Positions 35,600-48,725 of a stretch of 64,000 bases of DNA are shown here, piece by piece. The stretch covers positions 39,008 through 103,007 of the forward strand of contig MCFE01000288.1 of assembly GCA_002104905.1 (NCBI GenBank), in the 5' to 3' direction. How positions within the stretch are numbered: position 1 is the first letter of the stretch; the number at the start of each line of letters is the position of its first letter. The stretch comes from Basidiobolus meristosporus CBS 931.73 (taxonomy: Eukaryota > Fungi > Basidiobolomycota). The translations under genes and the position numbers were made by a program. Under the pieces are notes generated by a model that worked only from the letters and a program-made list of their open reading frames with translations, searched no databases and had not been told where the DNA came from.

Positions 35600-37853
35600 A
35601 ACTTCTTCAGTCTGTTACCAGGTTGTACCAGTACAAGTTGTGTACCATCAAGTTCTGCTTATTTGTATGATCCATTTTTGTTTGCATGTATGATCTTGTA
35701 GGGACCTTGCCATCACATATCCAGTTTGAATGCCTTGCTTTTTTGGCTCTTGGTGTTATGAAGTAGTATCAATTCACCTACTTGTAGCGATGTTTTTCAT
35801 AGGCATTCTTTTTTTTGTGTGCTTGTTGAATCTGTTGTACTCTTGCTAGCAATAGCTCTGATGTTGTCATGGCTGGTTTCCATGGGGGGTAAGCCAATTC
35901 TCAAAAGATAGGTCTATTGGCAAAACAGCTTCATGCCCATATATTAAAAAAAATAGTGTATACCCTGTACATCTTTTAACTGTAACTCTATTAGCCCAAA
36001 TTGCTGCATGAAAGTTATTTGCCCACTTGTTGGGTTCCTCATAGTTAAGCATTGCAAATATGTGTGCTAAAGCAGAATGTCCACATTCAACTGGTGAATT
36101 TGCTTGTGGGTGGCATGGCATAGTATGTTTAAGCTTAGTTCCATACTTCATTGCTAGTTCTTATATTTCATAAGATCCACATTCATCATTGTCTGCAATA
36201 AAGGTACCAGCTGAATAATGTCTGAGATATATATCTTCTTTAAAAAATCTTGCTACTGCTTTTGCATTGGCTTGTTTCAGCCTTCTAGCCTCTATCCAAC
36301 CAGTAAAGTTATCACAACTGTCCACTACATACTTATACCCTGCTGTTGCCCCTGGTAAATGCATAATATCTACATGTGAAATTTGCCAAGCATAAGATGT
36401 GTATATACAGTGAAGAGGCTCATGCATCTTTTGGTTGTCTCTTCTTTGACATGTAATACATGACTTAACCTATATTTTTGTGTCAGTGTACAGTGTTGGC
36501 CAAAAATACCATAAGGCGAGTGTTGTATATATTGATGTAATTCCCTTATGACCTCCTGATTCAGATTTATGCAATTCTAAATGATCTTCTCTTGATCATA
36601 CTTGTCATGTATACACCATTAGGGAACTCCATGTTTGCTTTTTCTGAAAAGTGTGCCATCATGCAGTATAAACTTCAAAGCCTTCTTTTTAAAATTTGTG
36701 CATTGATTTGTGGGAATATCAGCAGGAGCTCTGAGTGATGTAAGAAATTCCTTGATTTGTTGATAATTGCTTTGTATCATATGTCTGGATGAGAATTCAA
36801 GACTTGTGTTTTCAAGAAACTCATTAAACTCATCATCATCAGTTGAGTATGGTGAATTTGATTGCTTTCTAGATAAGGCAGCAGGTCCAATGTGACTGGC
36901 CGCTGGTGTGTGTTGCAGAGTAAAGTCAATGTTCTGGATATGTGATATCCACTACTCTGGAATAGGAGTAAGCAAAAGCTCCAACTTATTCAACATTCCT
37001 AATAATGGCTTGGCATCAACCTCCAGCATGAAGTGTACTCCTAATAAGTATGGCTTTAGCTTTTTGAGTACATAGAGTACTCCCAGTGCTTCTTTCTTGA
37101 TAGATGAATAGTTAAGCTCATTCCCTTTGAATAGTCCACTAAGATATTTGCAAGGTTGTCAACCATGATCTTTTGAAACTTAAATCATGACTTCACCAAC
37201 CTCAATTCCAGAGCTATCAACTGATCCAATGATTGGTTGCCAATCAATAACATTGTAGTCTATAGCTGCTAAGACAGGTGGCTTTGATAATGACTCAAGC
37301 AATGTTGACATAGCATTTGCCTGTTCTTCATACCATTCAAGTATCTGGTTTTTCTATAATAGCTGAGTCAGTGGCTTAGTAATTTGAGCATATTTCTTGA
37401 TCCAGATTCTGAGTAGACCACTAAGTCCAAATAGTTGTCTGACTTGATTAATATTACTTAGTGGCTTCCAATTTAGTGCCAATGCAAGTTTAGCAGGATC
37501 AGGCAATCTCCCTTTTTCAGTAACAAGTTCACCTAAAATGATTGCTTTGTTGTGGCCAAACTTGCATTTGGCTCCAGATGCAGTCAGACCAGAAGCTTGA
37601 GGTTTCTTCATGACACTTTCAACAGTGCATATGTGATCATAAACATATCTTCTTACTTGTGGTAAGACTTGTGCTGTATCTTTTTCTCTGGACATATTCT
37701 TAACTGCAAGGCCATCAAGAAATGGTTGGCATATTTCAGAGAAACAGTCTTTCAAAACCCAAATCATTGCACATTGATAATTTTGGACAGAGTTAGTCCA
37801 TTGTTGAGGAATTCTTGTCATCCTTATGAGTCCTATTGATGAATCCATAGTGG
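35600..37853 (-). pseudogene. gypsy-B RT C-terminus, RNase H and integrase
   Basis: FLDGLAV (degenerate YXDD), KPLTQLL, WQISHVDIMHLP, HPQANSPVECGH, QGPYKII. Confidence 0.9.
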
Positions 37854-38676
37854 TTTAGTGGGGGGACAGTGACACCCACTGACAGATGTGCGCATTCCCA
37901 TATTTTCTACTTCCCTATATCTGTACTACACTTATTTTAGTTTTATCCCATTTGTCTTACCTGATCAGTACTATTTCATAAGCTGGTTGACTATCACACC
38001 TGCTTACCTTATTACATAAGTTATCCCTCACTTTATGTAAGATTACTAGCTATAAGTGCTTCTATATTAGGCAAGTGCCCGTGCCAGTACCTGTGACACA
38101 TGATCAACCTGTGTCACCATCCCTACCATTTTCATACCTTACATGGTATCCCTATGTTACACAGGTTTCAGAGTGCTGATTCCTGATTGGTTGGATGTGC
38201 TGTGCCTCTTAGAACCCTCCAGCACCTACTTTGAACATTCTTAGGTCATTCTGATGTAATTAAGATTTCTATTGATATCTAGAACTTTCTGGAAGACCAT
38301 GATTAGTAGTCACATAGCTAGTAAGAAAAGTATATAAGGGAGGCTATCCCTCAACAATAGATCATCATCCCTTTTATCAATATACCAACTTGTTGATTAG
38401 TGTGATCACTGCTACCTGCTGCTACCTGATCTTCCTACCCCAGACCACAGGACACTCCCAGGCAACTGTGCTGACAGCCAACCAACCTTGGAGGCACTAC
38501 GTGTGAGGAATACTCAGAGTAGGTATCTTTTATTATATTTGATTCTTTCCCAAGTTTGTTCTTGTACAGGCAAAGATACTTTTCTGTCTTTGTAACTATT
38601 GACCACAGCTGCATTCTTATCAAGTCCCTGCTGGTGGAGTTTACAGTTGTTTTGACTTTGGAAGCTTTTGTACATT

Positions 38677-38887
38677 AGACTTGTTCCATCATTCCAGCTG
38701 ATCATAGTGCCCAATAGTGCCATAGCATGCCAGATGGTGCCTGATCATGCCACAGAGTGCCAGATGGTGCCATACTGTGCCAATTTGGGATCAAAATTGA
38801 CATGCATATGACCCTAAAATATCAAATTAAAAACAAAATATACAGCACTCTCTGGCACTATGATCAGTGGCATAATGGAACAAGTCT
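38677..38887. mobile_element. 211-bp MITE of the DNA-transposon superfamily
   Basis: AGACTTGTTCCA...TGGAACAAGTCT, TSD ATT/ATT, empty site GTAC-ATT-GTCA in other LTR-A copies; many TGCC motifs. Confidence 0.93.
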
Positions 38888-38907
38888 ATTGTCATCTCAA
38901 AGGACAC

Positions 38908-39709
38908 TGTGGTAGGGTAAACATACCTCCCACAGACAAGTTTATTCATATAGGCATTATGATATACTTATCCATATTTTATCTTATCAGTATTGTTCCA
39001 TTCTTCTTTTGCCCATATTATTGGTATTATCCCCATATGATGTTTACCCTGATTAGTTATTAGCATTGGTTAACCAAGATGTTATTCAGCTTTGTGATCA
39101 GTATATGTATCTGCATAAGGCAAATACCCGCGTTAGTACCCGTGACACATGACCTAGGTCTGTGTTACCATCCCTACCATCTCAATACCATATATGGTAT
39201 TTCTATGCTGCCCAGGTTTCAGACTACTGATTCCTGATTGGTTGAATGTGCTGTGCCTTTTAGAACCTTCCAGGACATTCTTGGCATATTTTCAGCTCAT
39301 AGTGTGTCATCAAGAATTCCACTGATACCTAGAATCTTCTAGAACCTTGTCATTAGTAATCACTTGGCAATCAGGAAGAGTATTTAAGGGAAAGCAATCC
39401 CTCATCAATAAATCATCCCTTCTATCAGTAACACTTCTACCTTATTGATTAGCAGTTGATCACTGCACCTGCCTTCAATAGTATATCTCAGACCTGCTAT
39501 CAAGGAGCTTTTCAGGGTAGTGCACAAGACACACAGAGGCCTTTGGAGACACTTGGAGCACCTAGGAAGCTAGAGAAGCAGGAGCTTTTACCATAGTGAC
39601 ATATTGACAAAGACACAGCAGTTTAGACACAGAGGTTATTGCACCCATCAGACACCTCACACACCTTGAGTTGTGTAGCTTTTCCCAGGAGTACCTCTAA
39701 ACCACCACA
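38908..39709 (+). repeat. Solo LTR of an A-related family (LTR-C, 802 bp)
   Basis: TGTGGTAGGG...ACCACCACA; patchy homology to LTR-A; flanks ACAC/GCGC at an empty site read as ACGC in other LTR-A copies. Confidence 0.85.
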
Positions 39710-39949
39710 GCGCTGAACCCAGCACACACTTTTGTTAAGATGGCAACTAAGTAAGGGATTGTAACTTGATAGTTTTCCCTTGACAAGCTTGTGGCTTTAT
39801 TCTCCTTCACATTAGATTAGAGACAGAGCCCAAGTATTCCTAGCAAGCTTTTGCCCAAGGTTATTGCACCCAGTAAACACCCCACACACATTTACTCTTG
39901 AGAAGTGTTGGACGTATCTCTCCCTTGGACCTATACACCACCACATATT

Positions 39950-39966
39950 TGGCACCCAACATGGGG
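39950..39966 (+). promoter_or_regulatory. gypsy-A PBS TGGCACCCAACATGGGG (tRNA-Lys(CUU)-like)
   Basis: 4 nt after the LTR; equals TGGCGCCCAACGTGGGG with both CG changed to CA; identical at 26253-26269 and 48845-48861. Confidence 0.75.
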
Positions 39967-40084
39967 GTTCATACAAGCTCCCTAGGAGCCAGCAAGACTT
40001 ACCTGAAGATTTGAGCTGTAATCCACCTATTGAAAAGAGACTACCAATATTATCAAGATTACAACACCAACCTACCTTCCCAAA

Positions 40085-42765
40085 ATGAGTTCTATGCCAT
40101 TACCACTCTCACATGGAGCCCCACAGTTTGATGGAAAGAATGTAGAAAGCTTCATATTCAAATGGGAGAATCTCTGCAAGATGTGCAGCCTATCTGAGCA
40201 AGAAATGGCTGAAGACTTCCCCTACTACTGCACCAATGATATTACCACTAAGCTTCTCAGACAAGGAGACATTCTCACTGACTGAGGCTTAATGAAGACC
40301 TACCAACAGACCAAGTATGGTAGACCCCAAATATACTATAGAATTGAAGACCTCAGACACTTTGGAAGGACTGGACCTTCCAAGTTGCCACTTGAGAATT
40401 CTTTCAACAGTATGAAGATATGGCCAAGCCACTCCTAGAGTCCCAGGCCATAACTAAGCTTACCATGACACTTTACCTTTCACAAGGGCTTCCCCAGAAC
40501 TTGGCAAGGAAAGTTGGCTTACTTGCAGCCAAAGATGACAAGTCTGGTGTTCCTTGCTTTGCGGAGATGAAACGTGTCCTTCTAGAGGCAAAGCAAACTT
40601 CCACCTTTGTGAGACACCTGACATCTAATCTGCCAGACCAGTCAACCAAGGAGCCAAGGAGTGCTGTTGCTGACAATCAGACCTACACTACCAACAGAAT
40701 TGACCAACTTGCTGAACAGCTACAAAAGCTAGCCCTTAAGATTAATGGCTCAGCTGAAGTAGCTACCAAGGGCCAAAGACCTTTACCCATACACTGCATC
40801 TGGTGTGACTCTACTCAGCATGCCCAACAAGAATGCTCAGAGCTTAGTCAGCTACTCAGAGAAAGAGCAGTACAGTTTGATGCTGATGGAATGCTTAATG
40901 ACAAGGAAGGAAGAAGGATTCCCACTTATTTCTGAAGAGGAGGGATGAGAGCACTTTTCCAGAAATCTGACTCAGCAACCACAAAGATTACTGTTGATGC
41001 CCCTTTTGGGACTCATACAGTGAATCCAAGCAGCCCGGTCAACAAACAATACAAAGTTGATGCCTCTGCTACCAAAAGACACCTCCCTGAAGTACCTGCC
41101 AAGCCCATCCTTAGAAGACTACAATTTGAAGAACCTAAAGTTGTTATTTACAAGAGGTCTAGTATGCTGCCCACCCAAGATCCATGGCCTCACTTTCAGA
41201 TAACCTCAAAGACAGCAAGCTACTCAAGCCCTCTACTGATTACTGAGCAGCTGCTGAAGCAGAACCTCACTTTGTTGTTTGGAGAAATCATGAGTGCATC
41301 CCCATCTGTTAGGAAGAGCTTTGACAAGCAGCTTAGAACAAGACAACAAGCTGTCAAACAAATGGACACCCATATAATTCAGACAAACCATGAAGACCAC
41401 CAAAAGGATGACACACTACCAAATATAAGACCTTTTACTCTGTTGCAACTGCTGTGGTGAAAGGGTATATATATGATGACCCTGTTGACTCCCATATTGA
41501 CAGTGGCTCAGAGATATGTGTTATGCCGCTAGACTTCTGGAAGACACTTAAAAGCAAGGAGCTACTGCCTGTTGATAGAGATATTTGATGGAACATGACT
41601 GATGCAAACAAAGGATCTAGTCCACTCTATGGTGTAGTACACACGTTCCCTATTGAGGTCCAAGGAATCAAGGTCTGGCTTCCCCTCTTCATCTGCCAGA
41701 AGGCAAACTTTGACCTTCTGCTAAGTAGGCCATGGGAAACCAGTACCAAGGCTACAACTACCAACTACTCCAATGGGTCAGTATGGTACACCATACAAGG
41801 ATCCTACCCAGGACTACAGTCAACCTTATGTGTTGTAACCCCCAACAATAAGAGGACACATACTGCTTGCCAGAAGACACATCTTGTTATAGAAGAAGAT
41901 GAGGAGCCTGACAATATACACCCCAACACTTGGAGCTGCTCATTTGGTGTACAGAAGCAGACAGCTATGGTTTGAACTAAATACATGACAGTAGAATAGA
42001 GGATTAGACCATCACTTACCCCTTTGACTGATGGATCTTGACCTGTTGATTACATAAGACCACCAGAAGAAACACCAGAAGATATACAACTTACACCTGA
42101 GAGACTTAAGCAACTTATCATTGGTGATGGAAATCTAACACCAGAGGAGATACTGTTATTTGAAGAGACCTTGAAAAGGCATGATATGGTCTTCTCATAT
42201 AATGACAGGGAGATGGGACTCTTAAAGACATTTGTTGAAAAGCTCATCAAGATTCATACAGTGCCCCACGCACCCTGGTCATTTAAGCCTTACCCACTGC
42301 CCAGAGGACTCCAAGCTGATGTGCATGACCTACTTAAGAAGAAGATAGAAGCTGGTATCGTAGAACCTTGCCATGGACCCTATGCTAACAGATGGTTTGT
42401 GACCAAAAAGAAGAATGGAAAGCTCTGATTCATTCAAGACATGCACCTGCAAATGCTGTTACTATCAGAGGTGCTGCTATACCTCAATCTATTGATGACT
42501 TTGCAGAAAGCTGTAGTGGCCACTCCATCTACTCAATATATAATCTCTACTCAGGATATGGCCAGATCCCCCTTGATGAGACATCAAGAGATATGTTTGC
42601 ACTCCAAACTCCATTTGGACTGTTAAGAATACCAAGACTCAGCTAAGGGGCTACAAGCTCTGTGGCTCAGTTCCAAGATGCATGGTGAATGTGCTGTGAC
42701 AGTTTAAACTTACAAAACTTGATGTCTTTGTTGATGATATAGGCATCAAAGGACCAAAATTCTGG
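40085..42765 (+). pseudogene. gypsy-A (+) gag, protease and RT N-terminal part
   Basis: Homologous to 46000-48725; stops and frameshifts; ends ...FVDDIGIKGPK at the insertion site. Confidence 0.92.
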
Positions 42766-43879
42766 TGTGATGGTGTATAAGTCCAAGGGAGAGATACATC
42801 CAACACTTCGCAAGTGTTTTGTGTGTGGGGTGTTCACTGGGTGCAATAACCTCTGGCAAAAGCTTGCTAGGAATACTTGGGTTCTGTCTCTAGTCTAATG
42901 TGAAGGGGAATAATGCCACAAGCTTGTCAAGGGAAAACTATTGAGCTGCAATCCCCAGCTTAGATGGCATCTTAACAAAAGTATGTGCTGGGTTCAGCAT
43001 TCTTTGAGATGACAATGTACTAAAGCTTCCAAAGTCAAAACAACTGTAAACTCCACCAGCAGGGACTTGATAAGAATGAAGCTGTGGTCAATAGTTACAA
43101 AGACAGAACAGTATCTTTGCCTGTGCAAGAACAAACTTGGGAAAGAATCAAATATAATAAAAGATACCTACTCTGAGTATTCCTCACAAGTAGTGCCTCC
43201 AAGGTCAGTTGGCTGTCAGCATAGTTTCCTGGGAGTGTCCTGTGGTCTGGGGTTGGAAGTTCAGGTAGCAGCAGGTAGCAGTGATCACACTAATCAACAA
43301 GTTGGTAAATTGATAAAAGGGATGATGATTTATTGTTAAGGGATAGCCTCCCTTATATAGTTTTCTTGCTGGCTAAGTGATTACTAATCATGGTGTTCCA
43401 GAAGGTTCCAGATAACAATAGAAACCTTAGTGACATCAGAATGACCTAAGAATGTTCTAAGTAGGTGCCGCAAGGTTATAAGAGGCACAGCACATCCAAC
43501 CAATCAGGAATCAGTATTCTGAAACCTGCGTAATGTAGGGATACCATATATGGTATGGAAATGGTAAGGATGGTGACATGGGTTGATCATGTGTCACAGG
43601 TACTGGCGCAGGTACTTGCCTAATATAGAAGCACTTATAGCTAGTAATCTTACATAAAGTGAGGGGTAACTTATGCAATAAGGTAAGCAGGTGTGATAGT
43701 CAACCTGCTTATGGGATGGTACTGATTGGGTTAGACAAAAGGGGTAAAACTAAAATAAATGTAGTAGAGATATAGGGAAGTAGAAAATAAGGGAATGAGC
43801 ACATCTGTCAGTGGGTGTCACTGTCACCCCATTACATCCACCCCCCTCTCAGCTTTGAACTTGGGTCAAAGCAAGCTAA

Positions 43880-46800
43880 TCTTGATGTGCAAAATTCCTA
43901 TGCTTGAATAACTTAAGTTGGTTTCCAGCAACTGGTGCTCTCAACTGGGTGTTGTCAAGCTCAGATATCTAATAACTTCCATTTCCAATCACTTTGGAAA
44001 TGAGGTAGGGGCCAGTGCATTTGTTGTCAAACTTCTGACTCCATTGTTTGTCCAAGGTGGAATCATAGAGTAATACTGGGTCTCCTAGTGATAGTGGTTT
44101 TGGTCTTGTTGGGTGTGATTTGTCAAAGGGCACCTTGTTCTTTAGTCGTGTATCCTTAAGTTGCTCAGCAGCTCTGCTGATATTCAAGTCATGGTGATCA
44201 AGTTGTTGTATGCAAGTTCCAAGGAGGTCTTCAGTCTGCATATTGGATCTCCAATTCAATGAGCTCCAAGTGACTGTGTTTAACTCAACTGGTAGTATGC
44301 AGTCATGTCCGTAGAGTAGTTTGAATGGCAATAATCCAGTTGTTCTCTTGGTAGTAATTCTATCTGCCCAGAGTGCAAGATGTAATTGCTGATGCCACAG
44401 TGTTGTGTTATTCTCACAGGTCTTGACAAGAGTGTTCACCAATGGTCCATGTCCTCTCTTTATCATTCCATTAGCTTGATGGTGGTAAGCTGTTGTAAAA
44501 GCAATGTGTATCTTGTACTTTGAGCATAACTCCTGGATCATCAGGGATGTCATCTCTCCTCTGTCTGCAACAAACGGTCAGATGCAGCCAACTCTGCATA
44601 TGATGTCTTCAAGTATAAATCTGCATATGGTATGGCTCTTGTTGTTGGGCAAGGCTTGAGCCTCTGCCCAACCACTAAGGTCATCTCTAGCAACAATCAG
44701 GTACTCTTTTGATCCAGCTGTTGGCATGTGGACAAGGTCAATACCAGCCTTTTGCCATAGACAGATTGTGTAAGTAGGATGCAGTGGTCTTCATAACGCT
44801 TAGAGGATCTCTTCTGGCAGGCTACACATGACTCAACAAAGTGTTGGATATCATAGTACATGTTTTCCCAGTAGTACTTCTGAGCTGTGGTATTGTAGGT
44901 GGCTTCTTGTCCTCTATATCCTCCTGGTTCTCCTTGGTGAATACTTGTCATGATGTTCAGTTGCTCTTGTGGTGTAGTGACTACTCTTCTTGGCATAAGT
45001 CCAGGCTTTACTTGCTTAAAGAGAAGATCATCTTTGAGATAGTAGTGGTGTGCCTTCTTCCTGAGTTTTCTAAACTCCTGAATTTTCATTTAACTAGGTT
45101 TCTTAAGTGTCCTTAGATATTCTTTGATCAGGCTCCAGGTAGTTCTCTCATAGTCTTTGATGGCAATCTGCTGGATCTCTGCATCAATAATATCATCAAA
45201 GTGAGGGTCCAAGTCTTCAAATAACTGTGGTCCCTTCCTGGAGAGTGCATCAGCCACAACAATTGTCTTGCCAGGGATATGTCCAACCTCAAAGTCAAAC
45301 ATTTTCAGCCATGCCATCCATTGGTTTGTGGTATCATCCGGTAGGTCAGGCTTGTTGATCATTCCAGTAAGTGGCTTGGTATCTGTCTCTAGAATGAAAT
45401 ATGTCATGTAAAGTTGTGACTTCAGCTTCCTCAGCATCTTCACAACTCCTAGTAGCACTCTCTTAATCTGTGAGTACCTTTGTTCTCTAGGAGAGAATAG
45501 GAAGCTCTCATATCTGCAGGCATAGTGGTTGCCATCTTTATTATCTTGGCCAAGTAGTGCTCCAGCTCCTATAGGGCTTGCATCTACTGTCAAAATAGGT
45601 GGGCATTCAGTGTTCTGATAATCAAGAGGTCTTAGAACTGGTGGAGATACTAAGGCCTCATTCAGTAATTGCATGGCTTCTTCTTGCTCTTCTCCCCAGA
45701 TAAATGGGGTATTCTTTCTCTGTAGTTGGTAGATTGGTTCTGCTATCTCAGAAAATCTTGGGATCCAGATCCTAAAGAACCCACAAGCTGCCACAAAGCC
45801 CAAGCGTGTGTTAGATCTGTGGGGGTAGGCCAGTTGCATATCTTTTGTGTCTTTGAATCTCCAGGTGAACAACCAAAGGGGTTGCATTTTTGTCCAACAA
45901 TGGATATCTCTGATACACCAAAGCTACTTTTCTCACCACTGATGGTGAGTCCAGCTTCTTCAATGGCTCCTAATATGGCATCACTGTCTGAAATATGGTC
46001 ATAGACAAACTTTCTTACTCCAGGCATGACTTCAGTGGTGTCCCGGGTTTTTGGTCCTTTGATGCCTATGTCATCAACAAAGATAGCAAGTTTCTCAGGT
46101 ATAAACTGGTACAGCACATTCACCATGCATCTCTGGAACTGAGCCACAGTGCTTGTAGCCCCTCAGCTGAGTCTTGGTATTCTTAACAGTCCAAATGGAG
46201 TTTGGAGTGCAAACATATCTCTTGATGTCTCATCAAGGGGAATCTGGTCATATCCTGAGTAGAGATCATATGTTGAGTAGATGGAGTGACCACTACAGCT
46301 TTCTGCAAAGTCATCAATAGATTGAGGTATAGCAGCATCTCTGATAGTGACAGCATTTGCAGGTGCATGTCTAGAATGAATCAGAGCTTTCCATTCTTCT
46401 TTTTGGTCACAAACCATCTGTTAGCATAGGGTCCATGGCATGGTTCTAGGATACCAGCTTCTATCTTCTTCTTAAGTAGGTCATGCACATCAGCTTGGAG
46501 TCCTCTGGGCAGTGGGTAAGGCTTAAATGACCAGGGTGTGTGGGGCACTGTATGAATCTTGATGGGTTTTTCAACTGATGTCTTTAAGAGCCCCATCTCC
46601 TTGTCATTATATGAGAAAACCTTACTATGCCTTTTCAAGGTTTCTTCAAATAATAGTATCTTCTCTGGTGTAAGGCTTCCATCACCAATGATAAGTTGCT
46701 TAAGTCTCTCAGGTGTAAGTTGTATATCTTCTGGTGTTTCTTCTGGTGGTCTAATGTAATCAGCAGGTCAAGATCCATCAGTCAAAGGTGTAAGTGATGG

Positions 46801-47355
46801 TCTAATCTTCTGTTCTACTGTCTTGTATTTTGTCCAAACCATAGCAGTCTGCTCCTGTATACCTAATGAGCAGCTCCAAATGTTGGGGTGTATATTGTCA
46901 GGCTCCTCATCTTCTTCCATCACAAGATGTGTCTTCTGGCAAGCAGTATGTGTCCTCTTATTGTTGGGTGTTACACCACAGAAGGTTGACTGTAGTCCTG
47001 GGTTGGATCCTTGTATGGTGTACCACACTGACCCATTGGAATAGTTGGTAGTTGTAGCCTTAGTACTGGTTTCCCATGGTCTACCTAGCAGAAGGTCAAA
47101 GTTTACCTTCTGGCAGATGAAGAGGAGAAGCCAGACCTTGATTCCTTGTACCTCAATAGGGAACTTGTTCACTACACCGTAGAGTGGACTAGATCCTGAG
47201 TTTGCATCAGTCATATTCCATCCAATATCTCTATCAACAGGCAGTAGCTCCTTGCTTTTAAGTGTCTTCCAGAAGTCTAGCGGCATAACACAAATCTCTG
47301 AGCCACTGTCAATATGGCAGTCAACTGGGTCATCATATATACACCCTTTCACCAC
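43880..47355 (-). pseudogene. gypsy-A (-) pol: protease, RT, RNase H, integrase; several stops and frameshifts
   Basis: IDSGSEICV, DLYSGYDQI, FVDDIGIKG, TVDASP, QKYYWENM...CVACQ, YHHQANGMIKRGH, TGPYLI. Confidence 0.94.
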
Positions 47356-48725
47356 AGCAGGTGCAACAGAGTAAAAGGTCTTATATTTGGTAGTGTGTCA
47401 TCCTTTTGGTGGTCTTCATGGTTTGTCTGAATTATATGGGTGTCCATTTGTTCAACAGCTTGTTGTCTTGTGCTAAGCTGCTCATCAAAGGTCTTCCTAA
47501 CAGATGGGGATACACTCATGATTTCTCCAACCAACAAAGCAAGGTTCTGCTTCAGCAGCTTCTCAGTAATCAGTTGAGGACTTGAGTAGCTTGCTATCTT
47601 TGAGGTCATCTGAAAGTGAGGCAATGGATCTTGGGTGGGCAGCATACTAGGCCTCTTGTCAATAAAAACTTCAGGTTCTTCAAATTGTGGTCTTCTAAGG
47701 ATGGGTTTGGCAAGTTCTTCAGGGAGTGGTCTTTTGGTAGCAAAGGCATCAACTTTGTATTGTCTGTTGTCAGGGCTGCTTGGACTCACTTTATGAGTCC
47801 CAACAGGGGCATCAACAGTAATCTTTCTGGTTGCTGAGTCAGATTTATGGAAAAGGGCTCTCATCTCTCCTCTTTGGAAATTAGTGGGAATCCTTCTTCC
47901 TTCCTTGTCAGCAAGCATTCCATCAGCATCAAACTGTACTGCTCTTTCTCTGAGTACCTGACTAAGCTCTGAGCATTCTTGTCTGGCATGCTGAGTAGAG
48001 TCACACCAGATGCAGTGCCTGGGCAAAGGTCTTTGTCCCTTGGTAGCAACCTCAGATGAGCCATTAATCTTGAGGGCTAGCTTTTGTAGCTGTTCAGCAA
48101 GTTGGTCAATTTTGTTGGTAGTGTAGGTCTGATTGTCAGCAGCAGCACTCCTTAGCTCCTTGGTTGACTGGTCCGGCAGATTAGATGTCAGGAATCTCAT
48201 AAAGGTAGAAGTTTGCTTTGCCTCTAGAAGAACACGTTTCATTTTTGCAAAGCAAGGAATGCCAGACTTGTCATCCTTGGCTGCATGTAAGTCAACTTTC
48301 CTTGCCAAGTCCTGGGGAAGCCCTTGTGCAAGGTAAAGTGTCATGGTAAGCTCAGTTACAGCCTGGGTCTCTAGGAGTGGTTTGGCCCTATCTTCATATT
48401 GTTGAATGAACTCTTCAAGTGGTAGCTTGGAAAGTCCAGTTCTTCCAAAGTGTCTGAGGTCTTCAATTCCATAGTATATCTGGGGTCTACCATACTCAGT
48501 CTGTAGGTAGGTCTTCATTAAGGCCCAGTCAGTGAGAATGTCTCCTTGTCTGAAAGGCTTAGTAGTAATATTGTTGGTGCAGTAGTAGGGGAAGTCTTCA
48601 GCCATTTCTTGTTCAGATAGGCTGCACATCTTGCAGAGCTTCTCCCATTTGAATACAAAGCTTTCCACATGCTTTCCATCAAACTGTGGGGCTCCATGTA
48701 AGAGCGGTAATGGCATAGAGTTCAT
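47349..48725 (-). CDS. gypsy-A gag, 458 aa open ORF with a CCHC knuckle
   Basis: PQFDGKHVESFVFKWEKLC; CIWCDSTQHARQEC; homologues at 24758-26132 and 40085-41460. Confidence 0.88.
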   Translation of the reverse strand: MNSMPLPLLHGAPQFDGKHVESFVFKWEKLCKMCSLSEQEMAEDFPYYCTNNITTKPFRQGDILTDWALMKTYLQTEYGRPQIYYGIEDLRHFGRTGLSKLPLEEFIQQYEDRAKPLLETQAVTELTMTLYLAQGLPQDLARKVDLHAAKDDKSGIPCFAKMKRVLLEAKQTSTFMRFLTSNLPDQSTKELRSAAADNQTYTTNKIDQLAEQLQKLALKINGSSEVATKGQRPLPRHCIWCDSTQHARQECSELSQVLRERAVQFDADGMLADKEGRRIPTNFQRGEMRALFHKSDSATRKITVDAPVGTHKVSPSSPDNRQYKVDAFATKRPLPEELAKPILRRPQFEEPEVFIDKRPSMLPTQDPLPHFQMTSKIASYSSPQLITEKLLKQNLALLVGEIMSVSPSVRKTFDEQLSTRQQAVEQMDTHIIQTNHEDHQKDDTLPNIRPFTLLHLLW

